Assembly: GCF_046299575.1 (NCBI RefSeq)
Contig: NZ_JBKBHX010000006.1
Span: 105,565 to 169,564 of the forward strand
Length of the DNA stretch: 64,000 bases
Reading direction: 5' to 3'
Source of the DNA: Thermaurantimonas sp.
GTDB lineage: Bacteria; Bacteroidota; Bacteroidia; Flavobacteriales; Schleiferiaceae
Position numbers and translations under genes: made by a program. Positions within the stretch are counted from its first letter, which is position 1. Every line of letters begins with the position of its first letter. A model generated the notes under the pieces. That model had not been told where the DNA came from and did not search any database. It worked only from the letters and a program-made list of their open reading frames with translations. Shown here in pieces: positions 39,470 through 47,436 of this stretch.

Positions 39470-39916
39470 TTAATCAGTGCTGCCTTCGGGATCCTCAGGC
39501 AGCATTTGGGGAGTTTTATTATCGCTGCCTTCGAGTGCCTCAGGCAGCGGCACCTCAGGGTGGCTGAGGTTCTCGAAGCCACCCTGAGTGTTCTCGAAGC
39601 CACCCTGAGTGTTCTCGAGCTCACCCTTTTTTAAGTCACGATAAGCAAGCGCTAATTGCGGAAGTAATTCCGGTGTTCCATTTATCAACGCTTCTTTCTT
39701 CTTCCGGCTCCAACCCTGCACTTGCTTTTCGCGATAAAATGCTTCGTCAATGCGTGCATATTCCTCAAAATATACCAGCTTCACGGGTAATCTTTTCCTG
39801 GTATGATTCGCCCCTTCACCCGCCTGATGTTGAGCCAATCGCAGTTCAAGATTGGTAGTACTGCCGGTATAGTAACTGCCGTCAGCGCATTCTAATATGT
39901 ACATGTATCCTTTCAT
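39470..39916 (-). CDS. GIY-YIG nuclease family protein (core about 95 aa) with a repeat-encoded C-terminal extension
   Basis: GYMYILECADGSYYTGSTTNLELRLAQHQAG...RLPVKLVYFEEY...A...REKQVQGWSRKKKEALI is the small GIY-YIG (URI) domain. The last 50 aa or so (ENTQGGFENTQGGFENLSHPEV...) are translated from the hairpin/tandem repeats at 39479..39628. Confidence 0.85.
   Translation of the reverse strand: MKGYMYILECADGSYYTGSTTNLELRLAQHQAGEGANHTRKRLPVKLVYFEEYARIDEAFYREKQVQGWSRKKKEALINGTPELLPQLALAYRDLKKGELENTQGGFENTQGGFENLSHPEVPLPEALEGSDNKTPQMLPEDPEGSTD
39479..39628. repeat. Array of three stem-loops sharing a 13-nt loop, plus three 21-nt tandem units
   Basis: 39479..39503 is GCTGCC-TTCGGGATCCTCA-GGCAGC. 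39524..39548 is GCTGCC-TTCGAGTGCCTCA-GGCAGC. 39556..39586 is CAGGGTGGC-TGAGGTTCTCGAA-GCCACCCTG. 21-nt units start at 39566, 39587 and 39608. Confidence 0.85.
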
Positions 39917-39947
39917 ACTTTCATCTATGACGGGGGCTTCGGCTATT

Positions 39948-39978
39948 CAGGGTGGCTTCGAGAACCTCAGCCACCCTG
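39948..39978. repeat. 31-nt stem-loop, the exact reverse complement of 39556..39586
   Basis: CAGGGTGGC-TTCGAGAACCTCA-GCCACCCTG. Together with 39556..39586 it brackets the GIY-YIG core ORF as a perfect 31-nt inverted repeat. Confidence 0.85.
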
Positions 39979-40008
39979 TGTATTCTAAAAGCAAGCACCC
40001 TGAAAAGC

Positions 40009-41622
40009 TCAGCCCTCATGTATGTTTATTTTAGATAAATTAGCCATGATTCTATCATTCAATTCTTTCTCTTCCTGCATTTGTTTTTCCAGTTCGGCTT
40101 TGAGGGAAGCGAAGCGTTCGGCAAAGTTGAAGTCGTCTTCTTCTTCCGGTAGCCCCACGTAGCGGCCGGGTGTTAAGGCATAGTTTAGTGCTCTGACTTC
40201 CTCAATGGTTGCACTTTTGCAAAAGCCCTGAATGTCTTGGTAAGCTCCGCCTTCGACAGGCTCAGGCATCGCTTCGGCCGGCTCAGGCATCGCATTCCAA
40301 CGATGGTAAGTTTGGGCAATTTTTTGTATGTCGGCATTGCTAAGTTCACGGGTTCTGCGGTTAATCAAATGACCCATATTGCGGGCATCGATAAAAAGGA
40401 TTTGCCCTTTTCGGTTTTCACTTTTCTTTTTTCGTATAAACCAAAGGCAAGCAGGTATTTGCGTATTCAAAAACAATTTAGTGGGCAGGTTCACAATGCA
40501 GTCAATCAAATCGGCATCAACCAGGGCCTTGCGAATTTCGAATTCACCGCCCGCATTGCTGGTTAGCGAGCCTTTGGAAAGCACAAAGCCGGCCCTTCCG
40601 TTGGGAGCGAGATGATAGAGGAAGTGCTGTATCCAGGCATAGTTGGCATTGCCTGCCGGAGGAACCCCATACACCCATCGCGGGTCGTTTTTAAGCAATT
40701 CGCCACTCCAGTCGCTATCGTTAAAGGGCGGATTGGCAATGATAAAATCGGCTTTAAGGTCTTTGTGGGCATCGTTTAAAAAACTGCCTTCGTTGTTCCA
40801 TTTCACATTGCTGCTGTCGATGCCACGTATGGCAAGGTTCATTTTGCAGAGCCGCCAGGTGGTTTGGTTGCTTTCCTGTCCGTAAATAGAGATACGGTCT
40901 GATGGATTAAGCTGTAATTTTCTTCCGTTGTTTTTTTTGTAATAATCCTGATGGGCTTTAATAAATTTTTCGCTTTGTACAAACATGCCCCCGCTTCCAC
41001 AGCAAGGGTCAAATACCCTGCCTTCATAAGGTTCGAGCATTTCTACCAAAAGTTTTACTACACTTTCAGGCGTATAGAACTGACCTCCTTTCTTGCCTTC
41101 TGCCAGGGCAAATTGCCCCAGGAAGTATTCGTACACTCTGCCCAGAATATCTTTGGCTTGGGCTTCTTTAGTGCCCAGTGTTGCGGTACTAATCAGGTCA
41201 ATAAGTCCGCCCAGGCTGGTTTTGTCTAATTTTTCCTGTGCATATACTTTGGGCAAAACGCCTTTCAAAGAGGGGTTGTCTTTTTCTATGGCATCCATGG
41301 CATCGTCAATGTCTTTGCCAATGGAGGGCAGTTTTGCTCTGCCTTGCAGCCACGACCAACGAGCAGAAGGCGGCACATAAAACACTTTCTCGGCGACATA
41401 TTCATTTTTGTCTTCGGGGTCGGCTCCTTCATAGTCGCCTTTGCCTTCTTTCAGTTTGTGGTAAAGTTCTTCGAAAGCATCGGAGATGTATTTTAGGAAA
41501 ATAAGCCCTAAAACCACATGTTTGTATTCGGCTGCATCCATGTTTTTACGGAGCTTGTCAGCCGCTTTCCAGAGTTTTTTCTCCAAGGATTCTTCTGCTA
41601 TTTCTTTTGCTTTTTTGGCCAT
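40009..41622 (-). CDS. hsdM: Type I restriction-modification N6-adenine DNA methyltransferase subunit
   Basis: 537 aa. N-terminal HsdM domain ([32 protein letters not shown]), [12 protein letters not shown] (motif I) and IIANPPFN (motif IV). Confidence 0.95.
   Translation of the reverse strand: MAKKAKEIAEESLEKKLWKAADKLRKNMDAAEYKHVVLGLIFLKYISDAFEELYHKLKEGKGDYEGADPEDKNEYVAEKVFYVPPSARWSWLQGRAKLPSIGKDIDDAMDAIEKDNPSLKGVLPKVYAQEKLDKTSLGGLIDLISTATLGTKEAQAKDILGRVYEYFLGQFALAEGKKGGQFYTPESVVKLLVEMLEPYEGRVFDPCCGSGGMFVQSEKFIKAHQDYYKKNNGRKLQLNPSDRISIYGQESNQTTWRLCKMNLAIRGIDSSNVKWNNEGSFLNDAHKDLKADFIIANPPFNDSDWSGELLKNDPRWVYGVPPAGNANYAWIQHFLYHLAPNGRAGFVLSKGSLTSNAGGEFEIRKALVDADLIDCIVNLPTKLFLNTQIPACLWFIRKKKSENRKGQILFIDARNMGHLINRRTRELSNADIQKIAQTYHRWNAMPEPAEAMPEPVEGGAYQDIQGFCKSATIEEVRALNYALTPGRYVGLPEEEDDFNFAERFASLKAELEKQMQEEKELNDRIMANLSKINIHEG
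40251..40292. repeat. Two 21-nt tandem units inside hsdM (encode [14 protein letters not shown])
   Basis: CTTCGACAGGCTCAGGCATCG (40251..40271) and CTTCGGCCGGCTCAGGCATCG (40272..40292). The core TTCGRNNGGCTCA resembles the loops of the GIY-YIG-flanking hairpins. Confidence 0.8.
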
Positions 41623-41905
41623 TATTGAGATTTTAATTGTTTGCTAAATTAGGTTTTGGTTATTTCTTTTCGTAATCAGAGCTTTGGCAGGAAATAGGGC
41701 CGGCTATAGTTGAATCTGGTTTTGCTAAGGGACAAATTAAATATTCTGATACAGTTCAGCATTGAATTATTCGTGTTTTTCTCTAGGCGTCAGTTGTAAG
41801 TCGCTTCACAATAAAAAAAATCGAAGTAAAAAATTAAAACACAAATAATATGGCAATGCATGTAGGTTTATTCGTTGTCCGTTTTAAATTTGTCCTAAAT
41901 ATTAG

Positions 41906-42905
41906 TCACCTGTCAGAATGGTTTATTTTTTTCTTAATTATAAGTTGTCTGTATGTTGTTGTCAGGTCGTCTTTTACAATTGCTGTCAATGGTTTAAAAC
42001 GGTATAAAGGTCTGCAATTGTTAGGATTTTTAGCATTGAACTTGATTTGAAGCACAAAACTTTTGGCTACCACTGAAATGTAATCGAAGGACGAAACCCC
42101 GAATTGCAAATGTGCTTTATTGTACAATTTTTATCATTTTCGAGGTCTCTCATTGGTGAAGAATAAGTCGTAAAGTTCATGCAGTTCAGGCTTTATACTG
42201 TCAAACAGTTTTTTTAGTTTCTTTAATATTTATAGATGCCACTTCAGGAAAAATTCTCTTCAAATGTTTTATCTTCTTTATATAGTCTGGATAATAAAAT
42301 TTCACCTATCTGCCATTAAATTCATTTATTTCAATGAGTGGCCAGAGATATTCATATGCATTCCACGTTGGAGTTTTTCGAACTTTTCTTATAACACTGT
42401 CTTTTGGGATGGCAGGATTCACCCTATTTTGAATGTAACCTTCTATTGTAAACCATTCTTTCGGTAAAAATCATATGTGCAAGTTGTTTTTCTACAACTA
42501 GTCTGGCACCTTTATTTCTTTTTTCAAGTTCAACTGCTCGAAACAATACATCGCTATTGGGAATCTGCTTGACAAAGTTTTTTAGATCAAATATTGGGTC
42601 AATCGTCAACTGTCCATAAACTATCGCACCGCGCAATAAAAGGTTATTTTGAAATAAGATAGAATAGAGATATCCTAAGTGTATAAGTGTCGAGCTTAAA
42701 ATTGTCCCTGTAATAAAAATTTCACCCCCCCAAAAATATACATTAAAATCGAGCTTAATCTTTCAATGCGCTTTTTGTGACCAGAGACGAAAAGAGCTTG
42801 GATTTTTACCTGTTATAGGATAATTCAATTCTTTTAAAATGACATTTATCGATATGAATCTTACCAATTTTTCATAAAAAATTCGTACTCATTAACATCG
42901 CTCAT
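41906..42905 (-). pseudogene. Decayed gene of unknown family (about 330 codons with frameshifts and in-frame stops)
   Basis: Hand translation of the minus strand gives MSDVNEYEFFMKNW, a frameshift, VRFISINVILKELNYPITGKNPSSFRLWSQKAH, an in-frame TGA, KIKLDFNVYFWGGEIFITG...LLLRGAIVYGQLTIDPIF...AHMIFTE, a frameshift, WFTIEGYIQNRVNPAIPKD...EINEFNGR, a TAG, VKFYYPDYIKK..., a frameshift, FDSIKPELHELYDLFF... Only short fragments appear in the ORF track. Confidence 0.4.
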
Positions 42906-43059
42906 AGGGTTGGAAGCTGTTGTGAGTAATCAAGATAGTACATGCCCACTTGGCGAAGCCATTCCCTTTTTGCAATTTATCCGTTACACACGAGATAAAA
43001 TCCCCACCCACATATTCCTTAAAAACACTGTATGTTTGAGCATCTAAACGAATTTTTGT

Positions 43060-45081
43060 ATGAAAAAACTTTTTTTCGCCATCCTATTCCTATCATATAT
43101 CGTTCAGGCTCAGATTACTATGACGCCTGACCTGCTCTGGAAACTCGGGCGTGTCAGCCTCGAAGACCTTTCAACCGATGGCCGTACAGCGCTTTATGGA
43201 GTTACCTTCTTCGACGTGGACGACAACAAAGGCACCAAACTGATCTATGAAATACCTGCGTCTGGCGGTACGGCTACCCTGCTGGCCGATGACCAGAAGT
43301 CCATCTCAGCTGCCGGCTATATCGACCGTCAGCGAATCTGGTACCTGCATTCAGGCCAACTTTATCTGAAAGACGGAAACCGCACCACTCGGCTGACCGA
43401 TTGCGAGGAGAGCATCCTTTCAGCCAAAGTGGTACGACTGACCAACGGCAATCTTCGGATACTCGCCGTGATGGAAGTACCAAACCCCGCTTACCGCCTC
43501 CCTCAGTACAAAACACTGACCAAAGCCAGATTTCGCCTCTACGACGACCTGATGTACCGCCATTGGAACTATTGGGAAGACACTCGTGTACAACACATCT
43601 TCTACGCCGACGTACCACTTACAGCGGAAAAGTTGAAGATGAATGCCTTCCGCGACATTCTCGAAGGTGAACCCTTCGACGCCCCTTTAAAGCCTTTCGG
43701 CGGCTCCGAACAATACACTACCACTGCCGACGGCCGCTACATCTTCTACACATGTAAAAAAATGACCGGCCGTGAATATGCCGTAAGCACCAATTCGGAC
43801 ATATATCGATATGAGGTAGCCACAGGTCAAACCATCAACCTCACAGAAGGTCAAAAGGGGTATGACATGAATCCAACCCTCTCACCCGACGGACGTCTGC
43901 TGGCCTATCTAAGCATGGAAAACGACGGCTACGAAAGCGATGTGCCCCGACTGATGCTTTATGACCTTGCCAACGGAAGTACCCGCCTGGCCATAGACAA
44001 TACGTATTTGCACGACCTCGTGTGGGAGAGCAGCAGTACACTGCTCGTCACCTACGACGACAGCGCCACCGTACAAATCGGCCGTGTGACCATCGATACC
44101 CGACGCAATCGCTTTACCCTTACGCCAGTAACCACCGGTTGGTACAACTATGGCAGCCTTCGCTCAGCCGGAGGCACCCTGCTGGCCACGCGCATGGATA
44201 TGAACCATGCGCCGGAAGTCTTTCGCATCGACCGCCGGGGTCAGTCCTCTCAACTTACACAGGTCAATACCGGCATCTACAGTGCCATCCGCAAGCCTAC
44301 CGTCACACGTCGGCTTGTGCCTACCACCGATGGCCGACGAATGCTCGTGTGGGTCATTCTGCCCCCCGACTTTGACGAGTCCAAAAAATATCCCGTACTC
44401 CTCTACTGCCAGGGCGGGCCGCAGAGTCCGGTGTCGCAGTTTTACAGCTTTCGGTGGAATTTTCAGGTCATGGCCTCCCAAGGTTATATCGTCGTCGCCC
44501 CTAATCGGCGCGGTGTGCCCGGTTTCGGTCGCGAGTGGAACGAAGCCATCTCCCGCGACTGGGGCGGACAAGCCATGCGCGACTACCTCAGCGCCATTGA
44601 CCATGTGGCTGCTGAGCCTTGGGCCGATGAATCCCGCATGGGTGCCGTAGGTGCCTCGTACGGTGGCTACTCGGTGTACATGCTCGCCGGTCTGCACGAG
44701 GGCCGCTTCAAGGCTCTGGTATCGCACTGCGGCCTCTTCCATATGGAGAGCTGGTACGGCACTACCGAAGAACTCTTTTTTGCCGATTGGGATCTCGGTG
44801 GCCCCTATTGGCAGCATCCTGTGCCGCGCAGTTACACCGAGTTTTCCCCTCACCTCTACGTCGATCGTTGGACAGCGCCTTTGCTTGTCATTCATGGTGA
44901 GCTCGACTTCCGGGTGCCCGTAGAGCAAGGTCTTCAGGCCTTTCAGGCAGCTCGTTTGCGTGGCTTACCGGCGAAGCTACTGTTGTTTCCCGACGAAGGC
45001 CACTGGGTACTCAAGCCCCAGAATGCCCTCATCTGGCATTCGGAGTTTTTCCGCTTTCTCGAAACACATCTGAAAAATTAA
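43060..45081 (+). CDS. S9-family serine peptidase (prolyl oligopeptidase/dipeptidyl aminopeptidase type) with a signal peptide
   Basis: 673 aa. MKKLFFAILFLSYIVQAQ signal, an N-terminal beta-propeller-like region, GAVGASYGGY (GxSxGG nucleophile), and HGELDFRVP ... DEGHW (Asp/His of the triad). Confidence 0.9.
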   Translation: MKKLFFAILFLSYIVQAQITMTPDLLWKLGRVSLEDLSTDGRTALYGVTFFDVDDNKGTKLIYEIPASGGTATLLADDQKSISAAGYIDRQRIWYLHSGQLYLKDGNRTTRLTDCEESILSAKVVRLTNGNLRILAVMEVPNPAYRLPQYKTLTKARFRLYDDLMYRHWNYWEDTRVQHIFYADVPLTAEKLKMNAFRDILEGEPFDAPLKPFGGSEQYTTTADGRYIFYTCKKMTGREYAVSTNSDIYRYEVATGQTINLTEGQKGYDMNPTLSPDGRLLAYLSMENDGYESDVPRLMLYDLANGSTRLAIDNTYLHDLVWESSSTLLVTYDDSATVQIGRVTIDTRRNRFTLTPVTTGWYNYGSLRSAGGTLLATRMDMNHAPEVFRIDRRGQSSQLTQVNTGIYSAIRKPTVTRRLVPTTDGRRMLVWVILPPDFDESKKYPVLLYCQGGPQSPVSQFYSFRWNFQVMASQGYIVVAPNRRGVPGFGREWNEAISRDWGGQAMRDYLSAIDHVAAEPWADESRMGAVGASYGGYSVYMLAGLHEGRFKALVSHCGLFHMESWYGTTEELFFADWDLGGPYWQHPVPRSYTEFSPHLYVDRWTAPLLVIHGELDFRVPVEQGLQAFQAARLRGLPAKLLLFPDEGHWVLKPQNALIWHSEFFRFLETHLKN

Positions 45082-45143
45082 TTCTCCACTGATACACCCA
45101 TCAGCCTATCTTCGCTCAGCAAATCACAAAATCTATTACTACT

Positions 45144-45680
45144 ATGAGCACACCCTCTGATGCCACCATTGCAAGAAATATTGGCCTCAACAATGGCTAC
45201 ATTTTCGGTGCCCTCTACGGCGGCTACACCCTTGCAGCTTATCTCATTAATCTTGAATGGTTTACCATCACATGGGCAGGTACCGTCCTGTTTGTTGTGG
45301 GAATTGTGATGATGATTTTATCGATCAATACCACCAAAAAAGCCCTCGGTGGCTACATCGGCTTTCGCGACTCCTTTATTACAGCTTTTATCACAGCACT
45401 GGTCGGCTCGCTCATCAATACAATTATTACCATATTGATTTTCAACATCATAGACAAGTCAGCTGCCCAGACCGTCATCGACATACTTACTGATAAGATG
45501 GAGGCTATGATGGAACGCTTCTCTGTACCCCAGGAAAAAATCGACGAGGCCGTAGCCAATCTCGACAAGACCTTTGCACTAGCCACACAGCTTCGCGGCT
45601 TTGCCGTAGGACTGGCATTTTACGCAGCCATTTCCGCTGTACTTGCCGCATTTCTCAAAAAAAAGCGACCACTGGAATAA
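45144..45680 (+). CDS. DUF4199-like small membrane protein
   Basis: 178 aa and 4 hydrophobic segments. The N-terminal pattern (GLNNGYIFGALYGGYTLAAYLI) is as I remember it for Bacteroidota DUF4199 proteins. Confidence 0.6.
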   Translation: MSTPSDATIARNIGLNNGYIFGALYGGYTLAAYLINLEWFTITWAGTVLFVVGIVMMILSINTTKKALGGYIGFRDSFITAFITALVGSLINTIITILIFNIIDKSAAQTVIDILTDKMEAMMERFSVPQEKIDEAVANLDKTFALATQLRGFAVGLAFYAAISAVLAAFLKKKRPLE

Positions 45681-45709
45681 ATGCTTATCTTTCAAAATTA
45701 TTCAAAGTT

Positions 45710-45750
45710 CCGGAAATAGTTTTTTAACTTCAATTTCCGGGACTTTTTTT
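45710..45750 (+). terminator. Rho-independent terminator after the DUF4199-like gene
   Basis: CCGGAAAT (45710..45717) pairs with ATTTCCGG (45733..45740) and is followed by a T-run. Confidence 0.6.
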
Positions 45751-46064
45751 TCTCAATATCTTCTCCGGAATTTCAAAGAACAATTCCAACATATTATCCA
45801 ATAAAAATTTTATTTTTCTTGTTGAAAGTCAACCATGAATTTGTGAAGCAAATTTTTTATATTTTATCTTGCTACAAATTAATTAATTATGATTGAATTG
45901 ACATCAATATTTATCATTTTAGAATTAAAATAAGTGGTGACAATACAGATAAAATAATTTAGAATGAGCAGTTTTTTTCCTGTTTATTACGAATTAAAAA
46001 TTGAAAAAAGATAAAAAATTGATATGTTCGGAATTCGTATGGATCAAAGATTCTAATAAAAAAT

Positions 46065-46086
46065 AAAACCCGGCAGACCGGGTTTT
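46065..46086 (-). terminator. Stem-loop terminator downstream of tRNA-Arg
   Basis: AAAACCCGG-CAGA-CCGGGTTTT. It is flanked by A/T runs on both sides, so it could work in either direction. Confidence 0.65.
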
Positions 46087-46136
46087 ATTGATCAAACTTA
46101 ATTTAAATTTTAAAACTTATGCTCAAAAAACGCTTG

Positions 46137-46210
46137 TGACTTCGTAGGGATTCGAACCCCAAACCTTCTGATCCGTAGTCAGATGCTCTATCCAGTTGAG
46201 CTACGAAGCC
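46137..46210 (-). tRNA. tRNA-Arg (anticodon ACG)
   Basis: The reverse complement is GGCTTCGTAGCTCAACTGGATAGAGCATCTGACTACGGATCAGAAGGTTTGGGGTTCGAATCCCTACGAAGTCA. It folds as a cloverleaf (7-bp acceptor, GCTC/GAGC D stem, TCTGA/TCAGA anticodon stem, loop CTACGGA, GGTTCGAATCC T-arm). CCA is not encoded. Confidence 0.9.
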
Positions 46211-46281
46211 ATTTTTAATTTTAGGTGTGCAAAAATACTACTCAAAAAGTATTCAACAAGAACTTTTTTCAAAACGATTTC

Positions 46282-46557
46282 TTAATGTATCTCGGCAGAT
46301 AGACCGCGGTTCAATAGCTCTGTGCACATCGGCACCAGCTCTTCGTAAGTGCCGTTTTTCACCTCGCATTTTCCTTTCAAATGTGTGATCCAAGCGCATT
46401 GTTCTGCTTGCTCGGCTGTGTGTCCGCACACCTGTATAAGCGACTCAATCACCCAATCAAAGGTGTTCACATCGTCGTTGTAAAGCACAATGCTTTTAAT
46501 GGAGGTGAGCTCTTCGAGTACGAGCGTTTTTGTATCGGTCTGATATTCAAATGCCAT
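46282..46557 (-). CDS. clpS: ATP-dependent Clp protease adaptor ClpS
   Basis: 91 aa. VVLYNDDVNTFDWVIESLIQVCGHTAEQAEQCAWITHLKGKCEV is the conserved ClpS core. Confidence 0.85.
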   Translation of the reverse strand: MAFEYQTDTKTLVLEELTSIKSIVLYNDDVNTFDWVIESLIQVCGHTAEQAEQCAWITHLKGKCEVKNGTYEELVPMCTELLNRGLSAEIH

Positions 46558-46616
46558 AATACTTCAACTCCATTTTTAAATCTACTTACAAAGGTACATA
46601 AAAATAGCAACTCCTT

Positions 46617-47423
46617 CTATAATCGTACTTGCTCAAGCACGGGTAAAAATCCAAGAAAGTGACCCGAGATTTCTTTGAAGCTCTCCGTTAGGTCAGAAAG
46701 ATAAAAGTGGTATTCGCCTTTGTATTGCGAAGGCGATAGCAGGCCTGTATCCTCAAGTACCTTTTTTAAGTGCTCAGCAACAATTTTTGGAGTATCGAGA
46801 ATCTGAATAGAGTGGTTAAAAAATGCGCTTACCTCAGGTTGAATGAGCGGATAGTGCGTGCATCCTAATATTAGGCCCTCCATCTTCTCGAAATTTTCGC
46901 CTTCCATATAGTGTCGAATGAGCGATTTACTCACTTCAGTGCCATACAATCCCTCTTCGATCATACCGGCTAGTAATGGAGTAGGCTTTGCTTTTACTTC
47001 AATGTTTTCACAAGCTTTCAAAAGCTTAGCTGTGTACACTCCACTGTTGATGGTAGCTTTAGTACCAATAATTCCGATTTTTCGAAAGCCATTTTTGCAC
47101 ACGTACTGCACTACCGGATCGATTACATTTACAATGGGCAATCTATCGCCCCAGTGGGCACACAATGGGTCATAAGCTGCAGCAGAGGCTGAATTACAGG
47201 CTATTACGAGTATTTTAATACCCTTATTGTAGAGAAATTCGCTGATCTCAAGAGAATACCGAATGATGGCCTCCCTACTCTTTTCACCATATGGCAAGTG
47301 TGCTGTATCGCCAAAATAGAGAATGTCTTCATTGGGTAATGCTGCCATTATGGCTTTAGCCACCGTGAGTCCTCCTACTCCACTGTCAAAAATTCCGATG
47401 GGCGAATAGCTGTCTCTGAGCAC
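46617..47423 (-). CDS. murI: Glutamate racemase
   Basis: IGIFDSGVGGLTV, LVIACNSASA and GCTHYPL catalytic Cys motifs. Confidence 0.9.
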   Translation of the reverse strand: MLRDSYSPIGIFDSGVGGLTVAKAIMAALPNEDILYFGDTAHLPYGEKSREAIIRYSLEISEFLYNKGIKILVIACNSASAAAYDPLCAHWGDRLPIVNVIDPVVQYVCKNGFRKIGIIGTKATINSGVYTAKLLKACENIEVKAKPTPLLAGMIEEGLYGTEVSKSLIRHYMEGENFEKMEGLILGCTHYPLIQPEVSAFFNHSIQILDTPKIVAEHLKKVLEDTGLLSPSQYKGEYHFYLSDLTESFKEISGHFLGFLPVLEQVRL

Positions 47424-47436
47424 GCTGAGAATGTTT

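Larger units (their letters stand above)
39479..39978 (-). mobile_element. Putative GIY-YIG cassette bounded by hairpin repeats, inserted between hsdM and the downstream operon genes
   Basis: The nuclease ORF is flanked by a perfect 31-nt inverted repeat and further related hairpins. It sits in a gap where hsdM and hsdS are normally adjacent. Mobility itself is inferred, not shown. Confidence 0.4.

Noticed and set aside
30408-43059. R-M island as an integrative element with integrase and att sites
   Set aside because: I recognised no integrase, transposase or relaxase ORF. There is no tRNA at either boundary, and I could not find flanking direct repeats by eye. Island status rests only on gene content and composition.
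43274-44928. Multiple 80-254-aa ORFs on other frames or the opposite strand within the S9 peptidase gene (for example 44164..44928 minus)
   Set aside because: These are typical shadow ORFs of GC-rich coding DNA, with Arg/Pro/Gly-rich compositions and no motifs. The plus-strand S9 peptidase frame has a full catalytic triad.
45681-46136. 456-nt AT-rich intergenic region as an sRNA gene or degenerate repeat array
   Set aside because: I saw no periodic repeats or conserved-looking structure apart from the two terminator hairpins already listed. There is not enough evidence to call an RNA gene.
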